Assembly (NCBI RefSeq): GCF_000148385.1
Contig: NC_014537.1
Coordinates: forward strand, 1,830,001 to 1,862,000
Source of the DNA: Vulcanisaeta distributa DSM 14429
Lineage (GTDB): Archaea; Thermoproteota; Thermoprotei; Thermoproteales; Thermocladiaceae
Direction: 5' to 3'
DNA: 32,000 nucleotides
Below, piece by piece: positions 16,765 through 24,511 of the stretch. The position numbers and the translations under genes are program-made. Each line of letters opens with the position of its first letter. The first letter of the stretch is position 1. The notes under the pieces are model-generated. The model ran no database searches and had not been told where the DNA came from. It worked only from the letters and a program-made list of their open reading frames with translations.

Positions 16765-17592
16765 ATGTACGGAATCGTCTTTAGTAAGGTTGATGTAGTA
16801 TCGAGGGAGGTCTTCGAATTATTCAGTAGGGATGGGGTCCTTAGGTATAGGATGAATTTGGGTGATTACGAGATTTATGACTTAAAGGGGAACCTTGCAT
16901 TCTATGCGTTAGGTAAGGATATTGTTTACTTAGACGATCTCGAGGACGTGATTTTAAAGATGCAGGAGAGGCCCCAGGAATTAATCTTTGTTAGTCGACA
17001 TGCAATGAGAAATCCGAGACCGATGTTTACGACCCACGTCACAGGCAATTGGGGTGCCGCTGAGTTGGGTGGGAGACCGAACACGATATCTCTCGCTAAT
17101 CCACACACCATTACAGCATTTTACAGGGAGTTGTGCAGAGTTAGGCCTGACTACGGACTTGAGGATTTCGAGTGTCACATCGAGGCAACACATCACGGAC
17201 CTACAATAGAGTCAATACCGGTAACATTCGTGGAGCAGGGAAGTAGTGAGAAGGAGTGGTTAATAAGTAGGGGTTGGGAGCTTCTTCATTATGTGGTTGA
17301 TGAGTTTCTTGAGGGCAGGTTGATTAGCAATTTTGAGCCTGCAATATCGATAGGTGATCTTCATTACCTGACGATGGATAATAGGTTAATTAGTGGTGAG
17401 GCTGATATTGGGCATGCAATACCAAAGTACGTAACGCCAATAACGAGGGATATGATTGTTAAGGCCGTGAGTATGATGACTCATAGGCCGGTTAAGGCCT
17501 ATGTTAGTTGGAAGGCAATTGATAGCGAGACTAGGAAGTTGGTTGCTGAGGTCCTTAATGAGCTTAATGTAAGATTAATTAAGAGGACGTAA
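16765..17592 (+). CDS. dtdA: D-aminoacyl-tRNA deacylase, archaeal DTD2 type
   Basis: 275 aa. FVSRHAMRNPRPMFTTHVTGNWG, ATHHGPT and GHAIPKY match my memory of the archaeal DtdA family pattern (SRH....l.vH.tGN; tHHGP). The size fits the family. Confidence 0.8.
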   Translation: MYGIVFSKVDVVSREVFELFSRDGVLRYRMNLGDYEIYDLKGNLAFYALGKDIVYLDDLEDVILKMQERPQELIFVSRHAMRNPRPMFTTHVTGNWGAAELGGRPNTISLANPHTITAFYRELCRVRPDYGLEDFECHIEATHHGPTIESIPVTFVEQGSSEKEWLISRGWELLHYVVDEFLEGRLISNFEPAISIGDLHYLTMDNRLISGEADIGHAIPKYVTPITRDMIVKAVSMMTHRPVKAYVSWKAIDSETRKLVAEVLNELNVRLIKRT

Positions 17593-18192
17593 ATGATGAT
17601 GCCAATAACAAAGGAGGTATATGCGGGAGTTGACCTTGCACTGCCCAATAGAAGGAGGACGGGCTTTGGATTGATAAATGCCAATGAACATACTTATTAC
17701 GTAAGCACCTTATCCACTAAGGATGAGGTAATAAACCTAGTACTGCGGCAGCCCCCATCATTAATATGCATAGATGCGCCGCTTGGGCTTCCTAAGCACG
17801 GCATTAATAGATTAGTCGAGGTGAAGGCGAGGAGACTTGGCCTTAGGCTCATCCCACCACTGCTGGGTCCCATGAGGCAGTTAACGATGTACGGCATGCA
17901 ATTAGCAGGTGAATTAAGGCAGCACGGCTTTAGGGTTCTTGAGGTTCACCCAACATCAACGCTTAAGATAATTGGGATGAGCAGGCAGGATTTCATTAAA
18001 TTCATAACGTTAAGGCTAAGGGGACCCTTAATAAGCAATGAGCATGAGGTTGATGCATTGGTATCAGCATTTACTTGCTTATTACATGATCAGGGATGCA
18101 CGGAGGAGTTGACGGGGCTTGATGATGAGGGCTCATTAATAATCCCACGCAGTGATTGCCTGCCCTGGGTAATTAACCATGGGCTCATTTAA
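17593..18192 (+). CDS. DUF429/COG2410-like predicted RNase H-fold nuclease
   Basis: 199 aa. YAGVDLA...TGFGLI (first acidic motif), LICIDAPLGLP, R..E...RRLGLRLIPPLLGPMRQLTMYGMQL, VLEVHPTS and HEVDALVSAF follow the family pattern GxDLA / IDAPL.LP / EvhP / hE.DAl. The ATG abuts the dtdA stop (taaATGATGATG). Confidence 0.6.
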   Translation: MMMPITKEVYAGVDLALPNRRRTGFGLINANEHTYYVSTLSTKDEVINLVLRQPPSLICIDAPLGLPKHGINRLVEVKARRLGLRLIPPLLGPMRQLTMYGMQLAGELRQHGFRVLEVHPTSTLKIIGMSRQDFIKFITLRLRGPLISNEHEVDALVSAFTCLLHDQGCTEELTGLDDEGSLIIPRSDCLPWVINHGLI

Positions 18193-18718
18193 GGAATTAA
18201 TTGATAAGTATAAGGACTTAATAATTAGTGTTCATAGGTTGGGGATTAATTGTTGCGGTGATGATTGTATTATCAGGGTGACTGATTGGGGCTACGTAAA
18301 GGAGCTTGGGTGTGGCGTGTATGGTTTAATGATAGACCCTGAGCAGATCAGCGAGTTATTAAGACGTCCATCATTAATAAGGCTATTATTGCAGCGAGGG
18401 ATTAATAGGTTTATTACGTATCCGTGCATTACCCAGGACAGAATATCACTATTGAGTAGGCTTGGCTTTACGGTAATGAATTACTTAATAAATGATAACT
18501 GCCCATTAACCCAAAGTATTGTGATTCATCTTGATGCTTACAAGATAATTGAGTTGGCGGGTAGGGGAATCACTATTTACGTTCACTTATATTACCCATA
18601 TGTTAAGGGTAGGAGGGAATCGGTGTACAACGTTTATTCAATATTTGATGTGGCTCTTGAGTATTTAAGAAGGTCGGGGGTTAAGATTCATTTGATTCTT
18701 GATGAGCTTTCCCACTAA
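18179..18718 (+). CDS. Hypothetical protein (179 aa), no family recognised
   Basis: The ORF overlaps the DUF429 gene by 14 nt on the same strand, which suggests co-transcription. Composition is natural and includes a Cys-containing N-terminal segment (GINCCGDDCIIRV...LGCGVYG). Confidence 0.5.
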   Translation: MGSFKELIDKYKDLIISVHRLGINCCGDDCIIRVTDWGYVKELGCGVYGLMIDPEQISELLRRPSLIRLLLQRGINRFITYPCITQDRISLLSRLGFTVMNYLINDNCPLTQSIVIHLDAYKIIELAGRGITIYVHLYYPYVKGRRESVYNVYSIFDVALEYLRRSGVKIHLILDELSH

Positions 18719-18944
18719 TTCTTATGTACAACTCTTTGATTAATTCAGCCCACTTTAAATGAATGTAATTACCTCCATACTCAATGTAATTTCTGTAAAT
18801 ATGTTTTTTCGTCATTCTCGTGTATATTTTACAATGAGGACACCCGAGGATTACGTACGTTGAATTCTCAATTAACTGCAGGTTAGAACCACACATGGGG
18901 CATTTCAGGCTCAACTCCAGCTTCGATGTCTCCTCGGATACCAT
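18681..18944 (-). CDS. Small zinc-ribbon protein (87 aa)
   Basis: Two CxxC knuckles, CPMCGSNL...(16 aa)...CPHCK, form a zinc-ribbon pattern near the N-terminus. A TATA-like ttaattaaaaatc lies about 30 nt upstream on the minus strand. The 3' end overlaps ORF179 by 38 nt. Confidence 0.45.
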   Translation of the reverse strand: MVSEETSKLELSLKCPMCGSNLQLIENSTYVILGCPHCKIYTRMTKKHIYRNYIEYGGNYIHLKWAELIKELYIRISGKAHQESNES

Positions 18945-19114
18945 TGTTTAGGTATTGAAACTAGCAGGATTTTTAATTAACAGTTAAAATGTTGACGTTA
19001 TAGTCCTGTTTTTAGTGTTTTCATGGGTTCAGGTATATAGATTCATACCATTAATGCATCAGGGTATTATTACTCAGGATTAATTCTTAAAGCAGGGCGT
19101 TGAGGTATTTTGGC

Positions 19115-19130
19115 TCAGTATTGATACTGA
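19115..19130. repeat. Perfect 7+2+7 palindrome TCAGTAT-TG-ATACTGA in the 244-bp spacer
   Basis: Read directly: tcagtat (19115-19121), tg, atactga (19124-19130). It overlaps the second copy of an imperfect 18-bp direct repeat: ggtattattactcaggat at 19063-19080 and ggtattttggctcagtat at 19104-19121, 14/18 identical. Function unknown. Confidence 0.5.
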
Positions 19131-19188
19131 TATTAGCGCTATTTTACAGGCTCACTGTAAATAAATCATGCATAATAATTAATCCTTA

Positions 19189-19971
19189 ATGCTTAATATC
19201 CAGAGGAGCATACCAATACCGAGGATAAGCCTTGAGAAGCTCATAAATTACATACTTACGGTTGGTGATAATCCGGGAATTAACTGTTCCGCATTAAAGG
19301 ATAGAGGTCTCGAAATTGGTAAGGGGAGGGGTGACATAACGAGGTTCTTCCAGAGGATTGGGGTAGTGGAGGTTTATGGGGATTGTAATATTAGGTTAAC
19401 GGATGTGGGTAATGCACTGTATATGGCGTTGAATAGGGATGTGGCGTTATCAAAAATGCTGTTTCACCTAATACTGTATAAGGAGTTACCTCATTACCGA
19501 TTATTAATAAATTTGATAAGTGAGGAAGGACCACTGAGCATTACTGAGCTTCATAGATTAATAAATCAAAGAATAAGGGAGTTGTCGCCAACAGCGTGGC
19601 TTAATGAGGTTGCCTTCAAGGCAATAATCGGGCTTGCGGTGGATCTCGGCGTTGTGGAGGTTGTGAATGGTGAGGTTAGTATTAGGTACACGGCATCCAT
19701 AAGTGAATGCATCAGGAGGGCAATGGTGCTCATAGGCAGCCAAAAGGTGTTGAGGCTCGATGATTTAAACGCATGTATTAAGCAATTGCTTGGGAATATC
19801 GATATAAAGCAATTACTAATTGGTAGTTTAGATGGTTGTGTTGAACCAATAATAGCCCCCGGGCCCTTAGGCCCCAAATCCACATACTTCAAGGTACTGA
19901 ATGAGGATTGTGTGGTTAAGCAGGTCGTTAACGTTATTTTAAATAGGTCAATGTTGGGTGGTGGTCACTAA
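19189..19971 (+). CDS. Hypothetical protein (260 aa), possibly winged-helix-like repeats
   Basis: Long ORF with natural composition, preceded by TATA-like gtaaataaatc about 25 nt upstream. Two segments look like wHTH modules: ...CSALKDRGLEIGKGRGDITRFFQRIGVVEV... and ...LSITELHRLINQRIRELSPTAWLNEVAFKAIIGLAVDLGVVEVVNGEV.... The fold assignment is a guess. Confidence 0.5.
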   Translation: MLNIQRSIPIPRISLEKLINYILTVGDNPGINCSALKDRGLEIGKGRGDITRFFQRIGVVEVYGDCNIRLTDVGNALYMALNRDVALSKMLFHLILYKELPHYRLLINLISEEGPLSITELHRLINQRIRELSPTAWLNEVAFKAIIGLAVDLGVVEVVNGEVSIRYTASISECIRRAMVLIGSQKVLRLDDLNACIKQLLGNIDIKQLLIGSLDGCVEPIIAPGPLGPKSTYFKVLNEDCVVKQVVNVILNRSMLGGGH

Positions 19972-20456
19972 CATTGTTTGTTTTTTAGTTGGAATGTTAT
20001 TATGTACTTGTTGTGCTTCTCTATGTATGTTGTGCTCAGCACCACCTCATCACCAACCCTGACACACCTCTCATCCTTAACATTGATGAGCCAGCCCATG
20101 ACCCTAACATCACCAACCCTGGCAATGGCTATTATGTACGGCTCAAACTCCTCATAACCCTGAGGCCTGGAGTAAACCCTGGTGAAAGTCTCAAGGACAC
20201 CCTCCTTAGGTAACTCAACCCACTCAACATCGCTTGAACCGCAGTACGGGCAGTCAGCCTGTGGTGGATAATAAACTGCGCCACAGGATTTACACTTGGT
20301 TGCATAGATTTTGCCTTCCCTAAGGCCGTCCCAATACTTAACGGTTTTACTAATGGGGATTCTATGCCTGTAAATGATTGGTACTGAGTCTATGGTTGGT
20401 CCCTCCATCTTAACGGTCTTCTTAGCACCTGCCTTCCTCTCTGCCACTCTCATCAC
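19968..20456 (-). CDS. DUF35 OB-fold/zinc-ribbon protein (thiolase-associated)
   Basis: The rubredoxin-like CKSCGAVYYPPQADCPYCGS is followed by an OB-fold segment (VEWVELPKEGVLETFTRV...PYIIAIARVGDVRVMGWL). The likely true start is the ATG at 20453-20451, which shares one base with the thiolase TGA (TGATG) and is preceded by the SD-like GGAGGTGA. Confidence 0.85.
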   Translation of the reverse strand: MMRVAERKAGAKKTVKMEGPTIDSVPIIYRHRIPISKTVKYWDGLREGKIYATKCKSCGAVYYPPQADCPYCGSSDVEWVELPKEGVLETFTRVYSRPQGYEEFEPYIIAIARVGDVRVMGWLINVKDERCVRVGDEVVLSTTYIEKHNKYIITFQLKNKQC

Positions 20457-21616
20457 CTCCTTAATATCGTTACATAACCATAATGACCAGTACCACCTAT
20501 ATTATGGGCAAGGGCTATGTACCTCTTCAAAGGTGCCTGCCTACCACGCTCCCTCTCCTCCCTCAACTGCTTAACAAGTTCATAAATCATTGCAAGGCCC
20601 GTGGCACCTAATGGATGACCTTTCCCAAGAAGCCCACCGCTTAAATTCACGGCAACCTTACCACCAATTTCACTCTGCCCCTCCTCAATGAATTTACCAC
20701 CCTCACCCTTCTCGGTAAAGCCTAAATCCTCGTAGGCCATTATCTCCGCTATTGTGAAGCAATCATGAACCTCGGCAACCTCGACATCCCTGGGTTCAAT
20801 ACCAGCCTTCCTATACGCCATCTGGGCGGCTAACCTAGTGGCCCTTAGGCTTACGTAATCCTCACGCCTAGTTATATTCGAGGTATCGGATGCATACCCA
20901 ATCGCCTCAATCCAGACTGGAGTATCAATGCGTAGTTTCCTAATCGCATCCTCACTGGCCACTATTGCCGCTGCGGCGCCATCCGTTATTGCGGAACAGT
21001 CGTAAAGCTTTAGGGGCCACGCAACAGGCCTTGACTTAAGCACGTCCTCAACAGTCACCTCAAACTGGAATTGAGCCTTTGGATTCCTGGCAGCATACTT
21101 CTGGTTCTTAACCCTGACCAGGGCTAATTGCTCCTCTGTTGTTCCGAACTTAGCCATGTGGGCTGTGGCGTATAGGGCGTAGTATGCGGGGAATGTTGTG
21201 CCATAGAAATGATACTCCCATAGATAATTGCCTCCTCTACCACCTACGGCAAGTGAAGTCGCTGTATCAACCTCATTCATCTTTTCCACACCAATAGCTA
21301 GGGCCACATCCACGAAGCCTGAGGCAACCATGTTATAGGCCACGGCCAATGCCGCACTACCAGTGGCGCACGCTGCCTCAACCCTAATGGGCCCCTTCTC
21401 ACTAAGGCCACTATACTCATTAATGGGGACTGCGGGGTATAACTCGTAAGTCCTAGTGCCCGCACTACCAACAATCGATATCTCAATATCCCTCTGTGTC
21501 AAACCAGCATCATCAAGCGCCTCTTTAACAGCCTCCCAGGCAAGCTCCTGTATTGTCACATCATTCCTAACACCAAAAACAGACTGACCAACACCAATAA
21601 TGCCGACCTTACGCAC
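20453..21616 (-). CDS. Thiolase (acetyl-CoA C-acyltransferase, SCP-x/archaeal type)
   Basis: 387 aa. The active-site Cys region is VEAACATGSAAL, with C-terminal HDCFTIAE and NLSGGLLGKGHPLGATG. It has a GTG start at 21616, with a TATA-like cttatttag ending 20 nt upstream. Confidence 0.92.
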   Translation of the reverse strand: MRKVGIIGVGQSVFGVRNDVTIQELAWEAVKEALDDAGLTQRDIEISIVGSAGTRTYELYPAVPINEYSGLSEKGPIRVEAACATGSAALAVAYNMVASGFVDVALAIGVEKMNEVDTATSLAVGGRGGNYLWEYHFYGTTFPAYYALYATAHMAKFGTTEEQLALVRVKNQKYAARNPKAQFQFEVTVEDVLKSRPVAWPLKLYDCSAITDGAAAAIVASEDAIRKLRIDTPVWIEAIGYASDTSNITRREDYVSLRATRLAAQMAYRKAGIEPRDVEVAEVHDCFTIAEIMAYEDLGFTEKGEGGKFIEEGQSEIGGKVAVNLSGGLLGKGHPLGATGLAMIYELVKQLREERERGRQAPLKRYIALAHNIGGTGHYGYVTILRR

Positions 21617-21864
21617 GCACTTTACTCAATGGGGATCTAAATAAGATTGTTCTCTGAGTACAATATTTATTACTATATAGTGTTCTGTTTCATAATATTT
21701 GTTCTTTTTGTTCACTTGTTATTTATTACCGTGTTACGGACTATGAATGATGGAATTCCCATTCGCTGAGATGATTAATAATCCCTGGATAAAAATACTC
21801 AGTAAATACCCTACCCAGAAGGATCGGGAGGCCCTTAGAAAGGTCGACATAGTCCAATTGTAGG

Positions 21865-22770
21865 TTATATTGTTATTGTAACTAGGTATATGAGTGGTAT
21901 TGACCCGAGGAATATTGGTATTGGTAAAGCCGGGGCGTACTTCCTAATTGGTAATAAGTATTTGAATGTTATGAATAAACCAATGAGTATTCCAATTAAT
22001 GATGCTACTGAGGCTAATGCGCTTTGAATAAATGTGAAGTTATGGTTTACGTATTGAAGCATTGTTAACGAGACTAAAGTCGCGTATAGTACTAGGTCTC
22101 CAACACCAATGCCTATACCATCCATGTCTAAAATTAAGCCCCTGAGTAATGGGTATTTACCCTCACCATACTTAGAGAGTTCAGTAACTAATCGGCCAAG
22201 TAACCCCCTGTATACCATTATTATGTCGTAGAGTGGTAATGCAATTAACAGTATTGCTAGTGTCCAGGCAGGTAGGGCTATCGTAAATATCACACCGGCC
22301 ATGGAGCTATACGCACTTATTGCTAGGGCTCTAGCCACGGTGTTTTTAACTCTAATTGCTGCATACATGATTAATGCACTTATTATGATTGCAATCACGA
22401 ATATAGATAATGGGTAATTAATTAATGGGCTCACGTCGTAGCCGTATGCATACGTCATTGTATAAAACAGTACGGAGCTTATTACGACTATTGCCAGCAG
22501 GATGTTCTTTAAAGCTTCAAATGCCTTTATTAATCTCTGTTTTATTAATTTATATATTATGTACGTTGCTATAACCATTATCACTATGATGATGGCCACA
22601 TTATATAAACCAGCACTTGAAGTATTCACTGATTGAAATGGTGGACCTGCGGGAACTTGGGTCTCGCCGATGTTAATCAGCCCTAATATGAGGAGTACGG
22701 CCATTATTGGCGATGTTAGGGGCAGTAGTAGATGTGCTGACTTAATGGCTCGCTCTTCACTCTTCGACAC
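21865..22770 (-). CDS. Presenilin/signal-peptide-peptidase homologue (A22-family GxGD intramembrane aspartyl protease)
   Basis: 301 aa with about 9 TM helices. All three family signatures are present in the correct order: ALPLYDIIMVY (YD), DGIGIGVGDLVLYA (GxGD) and KYAPALPIPIF (PAL). Confidence 0.8.
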   Translation of the reverse strand: MSKSEERAIKSAHLLLPLTSPIMAVLLILGLINIGETQVPAGPPFQSVNTSSAGLYNVAIIIVIMVIATYIIYKLIKQRLIKAFEALKNILLAIVVISSVLFYTMTYAYGYDVSPLINYPLSIFVIAIIISALIMYAAIRVKNTVARALAISAYSSMAGVIFTIALPAWTLAILLIALPLYDIIMVYRGLLGRLVTELSKYGEGKYPLLRGLILDMDGIGIGVGDLVLYATLVSLTMLQYVNHNFTFIQSALASVASLIGILIGLFITFKYLLPIRKYAPALPIPIFLGSIPLIYLVTITI

Positions 22771-22812
22771 AGGTCAATACTTAATCCCCTGGATTTATAA
22801 CCTTAACTAACT

Positions 22813-24384
22813 TCAGCGGTTTAGATTATTAACGAACCTTGAGAAGTTCGTCCAGTATCTCTTAATTACGTTAATATCCCTAGAGAATAGGTCCCTAATG
22901 TCCTCAATGTTCATGAGTATCATGGCAATCCTATCAAGGCCCATACCAAATGCTAAAACCCTACTCCTCTTAATGCCGAGTGGCATGACTACCTCGGGCC
23001 TAAATATGCCGGAACCCACAAATTCAATCCACCCAAGCTTTTCATGATATGCGTAGCCCTCAGCTGATGGGCTTGTAAATGGGAAGTAGGCTGGCTTGAA
23101 CATGACCTTCCTAAGTCCCATGCCCCTGGCCAGCGCCTCGAGTATCCCAAGTAGGTGCTTGAAGCTTAAGTTTTCGCCAACCACAATTCCATCTGCCTGG
23201 TGAAACTCCATGGAATGCTTTGGGTCAAGGACCTCAGGCCTAAATACCCTATCAATTGTGAAAGCCCTATATTCACCATCACCGCGTTTATAGAGTGTCC
23301 TTACAGAAACGGATGTCGTCTGGGTTCTCAGCACGAGCCTAACCGCCCTACCTGGGTCCCACTTATAGCCCCAGCCCCTTGAGCCTGTTATCCACCCATC
23401 CTCGTGGGTGCGCGCAATCCTATTCATTAATTCCCCATCGAGTATCTTGCCCGTGCTCGGATACTTAAGGAAGTAAGTATCGTGGATCTCCCTAGCAGGA
23501 TGATCCTGCGCCTGGAATAATGCATCGAAATTCCACAGCTCAAGCTCAATGTGCGGCCCGTAAACCTCCTCGAAACCTAATGATATGAAGACCTCCTTAA
23601 CGAATTTAAGAAACTCTGAAAAGAAATGCTTAGTCACGATAGGCGCCTGTGGTGTTGGTATTGATAGGTCAAACCTCTTAATCACCACGTTCCTCCAGGC
23701 GCCACTCGTTATTAATTCAGGCGTTAGCGCCGTGACCACAATGCCAGCCTTTATTAATCCCCTATTCATGAGGTCACGGGCTTTGTCCGTGATGGATAGC
23801 TCAATAACGCTCCTCTCCCTCACTCTAACAATATTTCTTCTAAGAAATTCCTGGATAATGGATTTAATACTTTCAGGTACTTCATCCTCAAAGACCTCAT
23901 TCTTAATCTGGTTAAGTATGTCCTGCCTATTAATTACATTATTAAGCTTATCCTGGGAGATAGGTTCAATTACGCCCTTATTAACCCTAACAACGCCTAA
24001 TCTACTGAGCGTTGATATTGCATAATTAACTTCATTGGGCATTAATGAGATGCCATATTTATTTGCGATACTCGGTATCTCATTAATACTGGGTTTACAT
24101 CCACAACGCACTAACACCCTCACCAACCTAACCTCAGGGAGCCCCACCTCAAGATACTTCCTACCCTCCTCCGTTAGCTCTATAATCTTTCTAATGGCCT
24201 TATTAACGCGGATTAAGCCTAAATTCTCGAGCTCCGCTATGCTCCTCATTAGTGAGTTCACGTCAGTATTTAACTTAGACGCAACGTTATCGATCCTTAC
24301 AGACGCAACGCTATCCTTCAATAACCTTAATAGTTCAAATTCCTGCTGTGGTAATGTCAGTTCTTCATTTTTATCTTCGTCCAT
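22813..24384 (-). CDS. pheS: Phenylalanyl-tRNA synthetase alpha subunit (archaeal/eukaryal type)
   Basis: 523 aa. N-terminal wHTH repeats are followed by a class-II core: motif 2 is FRPEVLDPKHSMEFHQADG and motif 3 is GMGLDRIAMIL, plus QDHPAREIHDTYF. Confidence 0.95.
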   Translation of the reverse strand: MDEDKNEELTLPQQEFELLRLLKDSVASVRIDNVASKLNTDVNSLMRSIAELENLGLIRVNKAIRKIIELTEEGRKYLEVGLPEVRLVRVLVRCGCKPSINEIPSIANKYGISLMPNEVNYAISTLSRLGVVRVNKGVIEPISQDKLNNVINRQDILNQIKNEVFEDEVPESIKSIIQEFLRRNIVRVRERSVIELSITDKARDLMNRGLIKAGIVVTALTPELITSGAWRNVVIKRFDLSIPTPQAPIVTKHFFSEFLKFVKEVFISLGFEEVYGPHIELELWNFDALFQAQDHPAREIHDTYFLKYPSTGKILDGELMNRIARTHEDGWITGSRGWGYKWDPGRAVRLVLRTQTTSVSVRTLYKRGDGEYRAFTIDRVFRPEVLDPKHSMEFHQADGIVVGENLSFKHLLGILEALARGMGLRKVMFKPAYFPFTSPSAEGYAYHEKLGWIEFVGSGIFRPEVVMPLGIKRSRVLAFGMGLDRIAMILMNIEDIRDLFSRDINVIKRYWTNFSRFVNNLNR

Positions 24385-24511
24385 TGATCTACGTTGATAG
24401 CAATTCCATATTTTATAAGGATTACTCGGGCAGCGTTACACTCATACCTGGTGAAGTATATAATATAAATAATGGATAATGCTAAAAAACTCATGTTAGG
24501 CCTTACGCGTA

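Noticed and set aside
18179-18944. Convergent overlapping ORF179 / Zn-ribbon pair considered as a toxin-antitoxin-like module
   Set aside because: TA pairs are normally co-directional and co-transcribed. Neither protein shows a recognisable toxin or antitoxin fold motif. ORF179 is instead translationally linked to the upstream DUF429 gene.
21747-21800. C/D-box sRNA-like pattern: ATGATGG (21747-21753), exactly 12 nt, CTGA (21766-21769), then ATGATTA (21771-21777)
   Set aside because: The C/D' half has the right 12-nt spacing. However, no CUGA D box follows the C'-like element at 12 nt (the sequence there is taaa). The C box is imperfect (G for the final A), and no terminal stem is visible. 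This is probably chance within an ATG-rich start region.
23200-24397. Three + strand ORFs (60, 146 and 120 aa)
   Set aside because: All are antisense to pheS, which has unambiguous class-II synthetase motifs. Their S/L/T-rich composition marks them as shadow ORFs.
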